Shown here: positions 1 to 7,891 of the stretch, piece by piece
How positions within the stretch are numbered: position 1 is the stretch's first letter
How the letters are laid out: each line of letters starts with the position of its first letter
Source of the DNA: Metabacillus niabensis
Lineage (GTDB): Bacteria > Bacillota > Bacilli > Bacillales > Bacillaceae
DNA length: 24,000 nucleotides
NCBI RefSeq assembly: GCF_030813165.1
Contig: NZ_JAUSTZ010000008.1
Coordinates: 182,655-206,654, forward strand
Reading direction: 5' to 3'
The notes under the pieces: model-generated
The model's input: only the letters and a program-made list of their open reading frames with translations
Database searches by the model: none
What the model was told of the DNA's origin: nothing
Position numbers and translations under genes: made by a program

Positions 1-312
1 ATGTTCGATGTGACTAAAATCCAGAACAGCCTTCCCAAAGTTTACATTTCTAAAGGTAATATTACTTAATTTACAATCATATAATTTTGCTCCTCCAAAA
101 TTGATATTCTCAAATACCATATTATGAAAGATGCATCCTGTTATATATACATTTACAAAGTTTAACCTTGATAGATCGTTTTGTGAGAAATCTATTTCAT
201 CTAAAATTAACCTCTTGCCCTCTAGCTCATTTTTTTGTGCAGAATCTATATATTTATTATGATCGCTTATCAATAAATCTAGCTCTTTTTGTTCGATTTT
301 TTTCATTATCAT
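1..312 (-). CDS. Pentapeptide-repeat protein, N-terminal part only (gene runs off the window start); candidate orphan immunity protein
   Basis: Absent from the ORF track because it is truncated by the window edge. The reverse strand is open from ATG 312 (alternative ATG 306) to position 1: MIMKKIEQKELDLLISDHNKYIDSAQKNELEGKRLILDEIDFSQNDLSRLNFVNVYITGCIFHNMVFENINFGGAKLYDCKLSNITFRNVNFGKAVLDFSHIEH. It shows 5-residue repeat periodicity and the same layout as ORF 2072-2677. GGTGGA lies 8 nt upstream of ATG 312. Confidence 0.75.
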   Translation of the reverse strand, partial: MIMKKIEQKELDLLISDHNKYIDSAQKNELEGKRLILDEIDFSQNDLSRLNFVNVYITGCIFHNMVFENINFGGAKLYDCKLSNITFRNVNFGKAVLDFSHIEH

Positions 313-348
313 TATCGTTGTCCACCATAGCATTTATTTTCTGATCCT

Positions 349-930
349 TTAATTTTCCCACTTTAAATTCTCTAATATTCTTCTATCTATATATGACTCT
401 GTTATCACTGAAAAATCGTCCGAATTGTTGTGGAGACCATGAGACAGGATAATTTTTTCCCCATTATCCATAACGAACTCAACACCAACCTCATTGGCCA
501 ATTCAGCAAGCAATGCATTTTGCGGAATACTCTTAATAATACTAATCTCTTCAATCCTATGCCCTACGATTTGACGCCAATAAGAGCTGCTATATTGTTT
601 ATCCAAGGCATTAATCGAAAATAAATCAGTATCAGTTTCGATAGGATCATCAGATACATAGCCTGTGTCATTTCTTTCCACCCAAATAAGAACTGAATTT
701 CGCTCTGGGTCACTTGCTGCCCCTATAACTAATCCAGAATGAAAATACATTAACACATGTCCTGCAGTTAATGAGAATACGTCTTCTTCAGCAATTCCAC
801 ATTGCACCATTGCTTCATGACTCTCCCACCAGCTAAACCTTATCATTTTGTATAGTGTCTGATGTTTCACCTTTTGAAACAATTTACGATTCTCAGATGG
901 TAAGGAACTTACTCTAATGTCAGCATCCAA
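349..930 (-). CDS. Hypothetical protein, 193 aa; candidate orphan immunity protein by context
   Basis: Long ORF with a TTG start at 930, preceded by TGAGGAAA with 7-nt spacing. It is co-oriented with and closely packed among the small genes downstream of the toxin. I recognise no motif. Confidence 0.6.
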   Translation of the reverse strand: MDADIRVSSLPSENRKLFQKVKHQTLYKMIRFSWWESHEAMVQCGIAEEDVFSLTAGHVLMYFHSGLVIGAASDPERNSVLIWVERNDTGYVSDDPIETDTDLFSINALDKQYSSSYWRQIVGHRIEEISIIKSIPQNALLAELANEVGVEFVMDNGEKIILSHGLHNNSDDFSVITESYIDRRILENLKWEN

Positions 931-1075
931 TTAGATTTCCTCATTTCTATCTATATTTTAAAGAAAGCATTTTAAAACAACTTCAATGTAAAACAAGTTT
1001 TCTCGCTCTTTTAATAAAGAAATCATCGAGCTACCCTTGGTTACTAAAAACTATATAGACTTAAGGTAAGTAAAA

Positions 1076-1489
1076 CTATTGTTGAATATTTACAAGAAAA
1101 TCTTCGAGAATTTTCTTAACAGCTACTCCTGATTTGGGGATTAATTCATTTACTCGTTTTAGTATGATATGATTCTCTGCGATTATTTTTATACTTTCTG
1201 GTGTTGTATAGCTTCTTAGTGTATCAATACAAATTACAAATAGCTCTTCATCTTGAATATTTAGTAATGATAATAGAATCTGAAGTTCATAGTTCGTGCA
1301 ATTGCTATCAAGACAGTAAGCTAGCTTCTTTTGCCATTCTAAAGGTTTCGTAAGGACCTTTCGTGCTAGCTCTTGCCAATCTTCTGTGCTAAACTCTGAT
1401 AGTATTTCACTTGCAATCATACAACCATCGTCATACCAGGAATCTACTGATGTTTCGGCAGATAGTAGGTTATCTAAATCTTTATACAT
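1076..1489 (-). CDS. Hypothetical helical protein, about 137 aa; candidate orphan immunity protein
   Basis: ORF 1076-1498. The ATG at 1489 has the better RBS (AAGGGTG, 6-nt spacer) than the GTG at 1498. Sequence looks helical and acidic. Assignment rests on context only. Confidence 0.6.
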   Translation of the reverse strand: MYKDLDNLLSAETSVDSWYDDGCMIASEILSEFSTEDWQELARKVLTKPLEWQKKLAYCLDSNCTNYELQILLSLLNIQDEELFVICIDTLRSYTTPESIKIIAENHIILKRVNELIPKSGVAVKKILEDFLVNIQQ

Positions 1490-1630
1490 GTTTAGCACCC
1501 TTCACTCGTTGAAATTAAAAGCATGATGTCTAATTCAATCTCTGCATTACTTTCTACTGGTATCTTAAAGGAGACTATATTAAAAAAAGACTTCTTCAAA
1601 TTAGTATATCGTCTACCAATTATTTCCATT

Positions 1631-2026
1631 TTATTTTTTCTTGAAATATTCATAAACTAGTTTCGTATGTCCATTTTCAAAAATATACTTCTTTAACGAA
1701 ACTCCTGGGGTAATCACTCTCATATACAAAGGAATAACATATGGAAGATTGTTATAAAGTGAGTCCACGATCTCTTCTGGTTGTTGCAAGTTATTTAATT
1801 CTAATATCAAGGGACAATCTTTATAATCCTCTTCTCTCCAATCATCATCTACATAATTATATCCAAGTTTTATCTCTTCTGATTCTGATAGTTGTACCAA
1901 ATTATACAACCCCCAGTAACTACTCTCATGTTTTGTGAAACGAACTTTTAACAATGCTTCAACATCATTCGTTACTTTGTCAATGTCATCTTGCTTTATT
2001 CCTATTTTTACATATTTCTCTATCCT
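1631..2026 (-). CDS. Paralog of the 130-aa protein at 3443-3835 whose ATG start is mutated to AGG; either a pseudogene or translated from internal TTG 1954
   Basis: Protein-level homology to 3443-3835 continues upstream of the track start: ...IEKYVKIGIKQDDIDKVTNDVEALLKVRFTKHESSYWG versus MIKNFIVLGVKTNNIDEVTNDLEELLQIKFTIHESSYWG. The frame stays open up to a TAA at 2066-2068. At DNA level, acacaAGGATa here aligns with acacaATGATa in the intact copy, and the upstream AAGGGTG RBS is conserved. Confidence 0.65.
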   Translation of the reverse strand, partial: RIEKYVKIGIKQDDIDKVTNDVEALLKVRFTKHESSYWGLYNLVQLSESEEIKLGYNYVDDDWREEDYKDCPLILELNNLQQPEEIVDSLYNNLPYVIPLYMRVITPGVSLKKYIFENGHTKLVYEYFKKK

Positions 2027-2071
2027 TGTGTCTCCACCCTTAGGAATTGATATAAATACTGCCAGCTGATT

Positions 2072-2677
2072 TTACTTAACGGCTTGTGCTTTCATCCAAT
2101 TTTTAGCTTCCTCATTATTTAAAATACTCGGATTATCAATAGTGCCAATATTAATACTTGTTATCATTGCCTCCTCAATTCCCCTTACACCTGACATATT
2201 CACACCATTTAGGAGTACATTTTTAAAGGAAGCTACACTTAGGTCCGCATTTTTTAAAATAGCATTTTGTAAATTTGTATCATGAAACAAGCATGCTATT
2301 AAATTTGAATTTGAAAGGTCAGCTTCTTGAAAATTAGCTTCATAGCAATCCGCCTTCGCTAACTTCGTATGACACATATTTGCTCCTGAAAAATTTGTAT
2401 ATGATAAGTCAGATTTATAAAAATTAGCTCCATCTAAATTGGCAGAAATAAACTTTGATGAGCATAAAACCGAATAATGAAAGTCCTTCCCTTGCAAGTC
2501 CATACTATGAAACATGCATTCTGTTATATATCCTTGATCTAAAGGATAATTTTTCAAATCAATGCTCCTCATATCTTCTTCATCAAGCACTAACTTAGAC
2601 CCTTGCTTTCCAACTGTATCAATCCATAATTGATGCTGCTGTAGGAGTACGATGATGTTATTCTGACTACTATTCAT
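2072..2677 (-). CDS. Pentapeptide-repeat protein, 201 aa; candidate immunity protein
   Basis: Runs of A(D/N)LXX-type pentapeptides, e.g. ANLDGANFYKSDLSYTNFSGANMCHTKLAKADCYEANFQEADLSNSNLIACLFHDTNLQNAILKNADLSVASFKNVLLNGVNMSG. GGAGGA RBS before the ATG. Confidence 0.85.
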   Translation of the reverse strand: MNSSQNNIIVLLQQHQLWIDTVGKQGSKLVLDEEDMRSIDLKNYPLDQGYITECMFHSMDLQGKDFHYSVLCSSKFISANLDGANFYKSDLSYTNFSGANMCHTKLAKADCYEANFQEADLSNSNLIACLFHDTNLQNAILKNADLSVASFKNVLLNGVNMSGVRGIEEAMITSINIGTIDNPSILNNEEAKNWMKAQAVK

Positions 2678-2736
2678 GATAATTCCTCCAATTTAGGGTA
2701 CCAAATTTAATAACTTTTCCCTTTTTGACTAAAAAG

Positions 2737-3243
2737 TTAATATTCCGCGAGTTTATCTTTTAAATAATTCGCAATGTCTAATTGGCCTCTCTCAATTGCA
2801 AATTCATAAGCTCCTATATCTTGCATCCCATCACCTGTGTATTTAACAGAATAATCAATACCGTTCTGAACGAGCATTTTCACAATATTGAGATGCCCAC
2901 CATAAATGGCTGAGAATAATGGATTTTTATTTGGTTCACTAACATCAAGACTTGCGCCGCACTCAAGTAAGTACTCTACAATATGAATTTCACCTTCACT
3001 CGCTGCATGAGCAATAGGAGCAGACTTCGGTACACCTTCGTTGATGTTCATATCCATACCAGATTCAACAAGAAATTTTATCATTTCCAGTTCACCAGCT
3101 CTTGCCGCAACATGCAGCCACGTTCCATAAGGTGTGACAAAATCAAGCATAGTCTTATCAGTAAGCATTATCTCTTTCGCTTGTTCTGTATCGCCATTCT
3201 TTATTAAATCATAAATTTTTACTGCTCTTTCCTTACGTTCCAA
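2737..3243 (-). CDS. Ankyrin-repeat protein, 168 aa; candidate immunity protein
   Basis: Ankyrin signatures: TPYGTWLHVAARAGELEMIKFLVESGMDMN, APIAHAASEGEIHIVEYLLECGASLD, NPLFSAIYGGHLNIVKMLVQNGID. TTG start with a TAGGAGG RBS. Confidence 0.85.
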   Translation of the reverse strand: MERKERAVKIYDLIKNGDTEQAKEIMLTDKTMLDFVTPYGTWLHVAARAGELEMIKFLVESGMDMNINEGVPKSAPIAHAASEGEIHIVEYLLECGASLDVSEPNKNPLFSAIYGGHLNIVKMLVQNGIDYSVKYTGDGMQDIGAYEFAIERGQLDIANYLKDKLAEY

Positions 3244-3357
3244 TGAAGCCTCCTAGACAATTTGATGCTGTTCAAAAACCATGGCAAGTAGAACAATAAA
3301 ATGAACAAACATAAAAGACTACTTATATGGAACAGCACCAATAAATGTAAATTCTAT

Positions 3358-3405
3358 AAAAAAGGGGGCAATCATGGTTTTCTTTTAACTTACCATAATT
3401 GCTCC
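3358..3405 (-). terminator. Rho-independent terminator after the 130-aa gene
   Basis: On the minus strand, GGAGCAATTATGGT (3392-3405) pairs imperfectly with ACCATGATTGCCCC (3364-3378). It is followed by a T-run (plus-strand A-run 3358-3363). Confidence 0.6.
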
Positions 3406-3442
3406 TTTTCGAAGGGAATACTAAAATAATGTATTTACTTTC

Positions 3443-3835
3443 TCACCTAAAAAAATGTTCATAAACTAGTTTTGCTTCTCCATCTATAAATTTGTATTTC
3501 CTCGATGAAATATTAGGTTCAATAACTGTAATAGTTAGAGGTATAATATAGGGTAGTTTTCGACAAATTACATTCATTGTTTCTTCAGATTGTTGTAGAT
3601 TATTTAATTCAACTAGTAGAGGACAATCTTTATGCTCTTCCTCTCGCCAATCCTCATCTACATAGTTATACCCAAGTTTTATATCTGATGATTTAGATAT
3701 TTTTGCCAGATTATATATACCCCAATAACTACTCTCATGTATTGTAAACTTAATTTGCAATAATTCTTCCAAATCATTTGTTACTTCATCAATATTATTA
3801 GTTTTAACTCCTAATACTATAAAATTTTTTATCAT
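3443..3835 (-). CDS. Hypothetical protein, 130 aa; intact member of a three-copy family in this island; candidate immunity protein
   Basis: ATG with an AAGGGTGA RBS. About 60 percent identical by eye to 1631-2026. Shared block: HESSYWG.YNL....S..IKLGYNYVD.DWREE..KDCPL..ELNNLQQ. Confidence 0.7.
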   Translation of the reverse strand: MIKNFIVLGVKTNNIDEVTNDLEELLQIKFTIHESSYWGIYNLAKISKSSDIKLGYNYVDEDWREEEHKDCPLLVELNNLQQSEETMNVICRKLPYIIPLTITVIEPNISSRKYKFIDGEAKLVYEHFFR

Positions 3836-3942
3836 TGTGTCACCCTTAAGATAAGTCTTCTAAGTGAAAAAACACTTAACAGAACTCGTTTTGCCTTGAC
3901 CCTAATTTCACCATATTCTCACTCATTATTCTCTCCTATCAA

Positions 3943-4722
3943 TTAACTTTTCAGATAATCCTTCCAAGCAACATTTGGAGAAAAAGTTACACCCATCCGA
4001 TCCTCATCAAAACTTGGTACAGCTATAATTTGAGCTGGTTCCAAATATTCCATTACAGATAACCAACTATCCAGTAACGTATCAATATCGGCTTCTAATG
4101 GATTATGTAAAAGATTAATACCAATGCCTCCCCAATCAAGCTCTGATATTGTAGCTGGGCTATTTAGTAAAAATCCCCTATCAAACATTTCTAAAATATG
4201 ACTACTAAAGTATGTTCTAACTCCTACCCCTAAAGGGCCATTTGGAAAAAACCTAACTGGTATAGGTTGCGAGGATATTTCCATCCACATTTGTAATCGC
4301 TCACGTTCTGTATTCCATGGATATGATAAAGGCCAAAAAATTTGAGTTACCCCGTAACTCGGTTTGGCAATTTCTGCAATTTGATCGGAAAAATCAAAAA
4401 ATGCAGGCCATAATTTTTCAGGTATTGATTTATGAAATTCAAATTCCATAAATGAACGATAACTCCAGTTAACTTGAAATCGTCCTGTGTAGCTCACAGA
4501 TTTATCACGATATAAATAGACTTCTGATACTGTACGCTCCGAAATTACTTTTTCTAAAATTTCCAGGCGGTTATACTCTACTCGTACCGTTTCACAGTTT
4601 CCCCAATGCGTAGGAGCAAATTTTTCATTTGACTCAAATAGATCCAAAAGACGACCTAATTCTTCCTCTTTATTAAAAGATACTGTTGGATACATTGTTA
4701 TTGTGAAAAAATCTGGTTTCAT
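3943..4722 (-). CDS. Hypothetical protein, 259 aa; candidate immunity protein (Imm52/DUF3396-like is only a guess)
   Basis: Strong AAGGAGGA RBS with 5-nt spacer. Trp/Phe-rich alpha+beta-looking sequence. Assigned by context in the immunity island. The family guess is from memory and weak. Confidence 0.6.
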   Translation of the reverse strand: MKPDFFTITMYPTVSFNKEEELGRLLDLFESNEKFAPTHWGNCETVRVEYNRLEILEKVISERTVSEVYLYRDKSVSYTGRFQVNWSYRSFMEFEFHKSIPEKLWPAFFDFSDQIAEIAKPSYGVTQIFWPLSYPWNTERERLQMWMEISSQPIPVRFFPNGPLGVGVRTYFSSHILEMFDRGFLLNSPATISELDWGGIGINLLHNPLEADIDTLLDSWLSVMEYLEPAQIIAVPSFDEDRMGVTFSPNVAWKDYLKS

Positions 4723-4996
4723 GTATATCCTCCTTAATACTGAGAATTGAGTCCTCTTCTAAAACATCCGTAATCCACTCTTCAAAACCTTTCTAAGTAT
4801 GTAAAACCGGACTACAATCATTATTAATTAAACAATTTTTTCCTAATCATTATTTGTTATGAAGTAGAAGCAGCTAGAATCACCATAATTAAGGTCTGCA
4901 GTATTTTCCCGACTCCTTTAGCTAGAAATCTATTTCTTTGTCAAAATTCAAATAACGATGCCTAAAAATAAAAAGAATTGATGTACAATCTTAGAT

Positions 4997-5452
4997 CTAT
5001 CTGTAATACTTGATACACCTTTCTTGAAAAGGGATTCTATCATCGAGAAGCACTTCTTCTTGCAGCCATTTTGTTATGTTTTCTAATTTCCCAATGAATA
5101 GTGCGAAGAAGTCGCCCGAATTCGGATATGAAAATAGTCCATACCCCTTAGGTGACAGTATTTTGTTGGCCTCCCTGATCTTTTCGGGTAAATATTCATA
5201 ATTAAATGCTTCTAATTTCTCGAGTTCTTCTTTTTTTGCTAATTCAATTTGGTCGGCAAATTCGTAATCAAGAATAAAATTGACAATTTCTTGGTATTGC
5301 TCACCTTTATAGTCAACGTATAAAAACTTTTTCGTCGTCAATCCATATTTTAATAGGTCTTCGTGTAAGTCGTAACTTCCTTGCTCATTCAATAACGTTT
5401 CCAACTCCTTGCTATCAGGGAAAATAACCTGCGCTATCCCTTGATCAGGCAT
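4997..5452 (-). CDS. Hypothetical protein, 151 aa; candidate immunity protein
   Basis: The track ORF (4997-5584) overlaps the upstream gene. The internal ATG at 5452 is preceded by AAGGGAGGAAG and lies 17 nt after the stop of 5469-6443, so it is the likely start (MPDQGIAQVIFPDSKEL...). Confidence 0.65.
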   Translation of the reverse strand: MPDQGIAQVIFPDSKELETLLNEQGSYDLHEDLLKYGLTTKKFLYVDYKGEQYQEIVNFILDYEFADQIELAKKEELEKLEAFNYEYLPEKIREANKILSPKGYGLFSYPNSGDFFALFIGKLENITKWLQEEVLLDDRIPFQERCIKYYR

Positions 5453-5468
5453 ATTAGCTTCCTCCCTT

Positions 5469-6443
5469 TTATTGAAACAACTCTTCATGCTTGTTAGGAA
5501 TATATTCCGGGTAGTTTTTACGATAAAATTGATCGACCATTTGAAGCGCGGTGTCCCATTCAGGGTATGGCTCACGTTCTTCAAACACCATTTTCGCTTC
5601 TGGAGTATTCATCAGAAAATGATCGATTTGAGTAGGTACTGGTAACCCTAGTTGTTTCCTTACATGGATCAAGAATAAGATTTCAAAAGGATAAAATCCG
5701 TATCTGAAATCGCCAAATTCACCTAGCTCTCCGATTTCAGAAGCTAAAACAGAATGATACTCAGACATTTTCAAAATCAATTGTTCTATTTCTTCTAAAT
5801 CACTAGTCGACCAACGTTCAAGCACTTCATCATATATGTTTAGGTCATCAGGGATTGAGCCGCATCGCTGATTAGCTTCTTTAAACTTATTTTTCACGGC
5901 TAAATGCAATTTTTTATTCGTTCCCATGATGGTTTTATTTTTATACTGCAAGTACAGCTCAAGCAGAAACCAAATATGTCTGTTCTGTTCATTGGCATCT
6001 ATTAAATGTCCACCGAAGTGATGAGCCATAAAATCATATAATATCTTTTCTTCTTTCTCCCACCCATACATTGCAAAATGAACTAATGTGAGGACGACCT
6101 CTCTAAACGTATATCCCAAAATCATCTCAGGATACTTGGTTGTATAAAGCTCCTGCCCCATGCACTGGTAAAATAAGACCTTCTGCATGTTCTTTAATCC
6201 TTCTGCATTATTTCCACCGCTGATTAATACATCATTTTTCCATTGTGACAAGTAATAGGAGAAAATTTTATTAAGATTTATTAATAGTATGTGATCTTTC
6301 TCTGTATCATTTTGTTCAACAATTTTCTCAATCTTTCTCCTACTGACATGATATTTCTCTTTAACTTCTTCAAATTTGATTCCATCCACAAAATTTTTGC
6401 TATATCTGTTAAAAGCCATTTCTAACTTTTTTTGGTTTATCAT
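5469..6443 (-). CDS. Hypothetical protein, 324 aa; candidate immunity or accessory protein
   Basis: Long ORF with an AAGGAGAA RBS. Apparently translationally linked to 4997-5452. No motif recognised. Confidence 0.6.
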   Translation of the reverse strand: MINQKKLEMAFNRYSKNFVDGIKFEEVKEKYHVSRRKIEKIVEQNDTEKDHILLINLNKIFSYYLSQWKNDVLISGGNNAEGLKNMQKVLFYQCMGQELYTTKYPEMILGYTFREVVLTLVHFAMYGWEKEEKILYDFMAHHFGGHLIDANEQNRHIWFLLELYLQYKNKTIMGTNKKLHLAVKNKFKEANQRCGSIPDDLNIYDEVLERWSTSDLEEIEQLILKMSEYHSVLASEIGELGEFGDFRYGFYPFEILFLIHVRKQLGLPVPTQIDHFLMNTPEAKMVFEEREPYPEWDTALQMVDQFYRKNYPEYIPNKHEELFQ

Positions 6444-6523
6444 TGCATTCTCCTTGTGAATTAATCTATTTCCTTACTCTAGTCTTTTTCCTTTAATCAT
6501 CAACGGCGAATCTAATACATGTT

Positions 6524-7057
6524 TTAATAATTATCATCTACCATTTTCATAATTTCTTCTTTTGTAATAGTGAGATCTTCCAAATCACTACCAGCAGGAT
6601 ACTTTTCTAGTAAGTATTTTTTCACTTTCTCTAGAATCCCAATTTTTAAGAATTCAGACTTAACCGCACCTTCAACAAATGTTATTAATGTATCATCATC
6701 TACACTTTCTACTATTTGTGGTGGGTAGTTGTTTTCTTCTTTTCTGTAGACTTGTCTGGTTGTAGATGAAACAGCATATAAAGCAGCGTACCAAGCATAT
6801 ATTTCTTTTGTGCTTTCCGCGCTGTTGGCAAATTCAGCTATATCCTCATAATCCTCACTATCTATGTAGTTACATAAAACATCAACTTCTATATTTCCTC
6901 CTTCAAGCCACTTCCAACAATTATCTAATGCTTCTCTACCCATTTTGTATTCTTTATAATTATCATTTATATTAAGTAGTTCAAACATTTTATCAGCTAC
7001 TGCTAATCCTATTGCAACTTTCGCATTATTAGTCACATTTTCTACATAGTTTTTCAT
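6524..7057 (-). CDS. Hypothetical acidic helical protein, about 177 aa; candidate immunity protein (Imm6-like is only a guess)
   Basis: ORF 6524-7060. ATG 7057 follows an AAGGAG RBS with 8-nt spacer. It is the first gene after the terminator at 7231-7277. Confidence 0.6.
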   Translation of the reverse strand: MKNYVENVTNNAKVAIGLAVADKMFELLNINDNYKEYKMGREALDNCWKWLEGGNIEVDVLCNYIDSEDYEDIAEFANSAESTKEIYAWYAALYAVSSTTRQVYRKEENNYPPQIVESVDDDTLITFVEGAVKSEFLKIGILEKVKKYLLEKYPAGSDLEDLTITKEEIMKMVDDNY

Positions 7058-7089
7058 CAAAACTACTCCTTATTATTTTAACTATGATT

Positions 7090-7232
7090 TCCACTGCACC
7101 ATTTTTACTTTTAAAAACAAGGTGTCTCATGTATATGCTAAGTTAGGATCTATTTCTGATGCAACCTTAATAATTAAGGACAAAATTTATGGTCTTCCTC
7201 TTGCCAATCTTCATCTTAAGTAGTTATATACA
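7090..7232 (-). pseudogene. Decayed, 5'-truncated third copy of the 130-aa family
   Basis: 7176-7232 aligns with 3618-3672 at about 46 of 56 nt with one indel. Minus-strand reading YITT*DEDWQEEDHKFCP* matches GYNYVDEDWREEEHKDCPLL. Weaker similarity with deletions and stops continues down to about 7090. Confidence 0.6.
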
Positions 7233-7277
7233 AAAAACAGGACAATTATGGTGATATCTGACCATAATTGTCCTGTT
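7231..7277 (-). terminator. Strong rho-independent terminator closing the toxin-immunity operon
   Basis: Perfect 17-bp inverted repeat: AACAGGACAATTATGGT (7236-7252) and ACCATAATTGTCCTGTT (7261-7277), with an 8-nt loop. On the minus strand it is followed by TTTTTTG (7231-7237). Confidence 0.85.
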
Positions 7278-7417
7278 CCGTTAAATTTATTCTAGACATT
7301 CTATACCTACATTAAAAAATGGTGAAATATTCCTACAGATAGAACAAAGCTTATGTTGGTAATAATGAAAGGGAAAGTGGTTTATTCCATACTGAGTAAC
7401 CACCAAAAGACCTCGTT

Positions 7418-7885
7418 TTAGTTTGATAAGTCTTGGTAAATATATGGGAATTTTAGTAAGCTAATTATCTCATTTGATAGATATTTTTCCTGATATTGAT
7501 CCAATTTTTTATTTATAATCACCGTGTCATTTTCTTTTCTAAATAATTGATCTGTACCATTTTCCACAAACACCATGTCAGGATTAAATTCCTTCAAAAT
7601 ATTGCCGAATATTTTAAACAATACTTCTAATCCTTCCTCAAATGATTTTCCAAATAGTTGAATTCCAATCTCTGCATTAATTTCCATTCCGTATTCTTCC
7701 TTTAAAAAATCAAGACTAATAATATCCTCTGTTTCAATATCAAGTGTGAAGTATTTACAGCTAAGACGAGAAAAATTCTCGTAGTTAGTCACTTTATCTT
7801 CAACTGCTTCACACATTATGTTATAAATCTTTCTTTTCAGTGTTTCCTCGTCCAATTCTGTGACTAAAAATAGTGTACAGTCCAT
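7418..7885 (-). CDS. Cognate immunity protein of the upstream toxin (by position), 155 aa
   Basis: Its ATG lies 6 nt after the toxin stop (GGAGGGTAGAAGGATATG), so its RBS is embedded in the toxin's 3' end. Small and acidic. No motif recognised. Confidence 0.7.
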   Translation of the reverse strand: MDCTLFLVTELDEETLKRKIYNIMCEAVEDKVTNYENFSRLSCKYFTLDIETEDIISLDFLKEEYGMEINAEIGIQLFGKSFEEGLEVLFKIFGNILKEFNPDMVFVENGTDQLFRKENDTVIINKKLDQYQEKYLSNEIISLLKFPYIYQDLSN

Positions 7886-7891
7886 ATCCTT

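Noticed and set aside
430-624. Short ORFs antisense to larger genes (430-624, 1741-1938, 2983-3207, 6766-6975, 10511-10723, 12281-12495, 14684-14920, 15722-15931, 16728-16946, 19399-19632, 20325-20944)
   Set aside because: Each is nested on the opposite strand of a longer gene that has better support (RBS, recognisable motifs or paralogy). In AT-rich DNA such shadow ORFs are expected by chance.
5453-5584. N-terminal 44-codon extension of ORF 4997-5584
   Set aside because: It overlaps the 3' end of the 324-aa gene in another frame and has no RBS. The internal ATG 5452 has AAGGGAGGAAG and sits just after the upstream stop.
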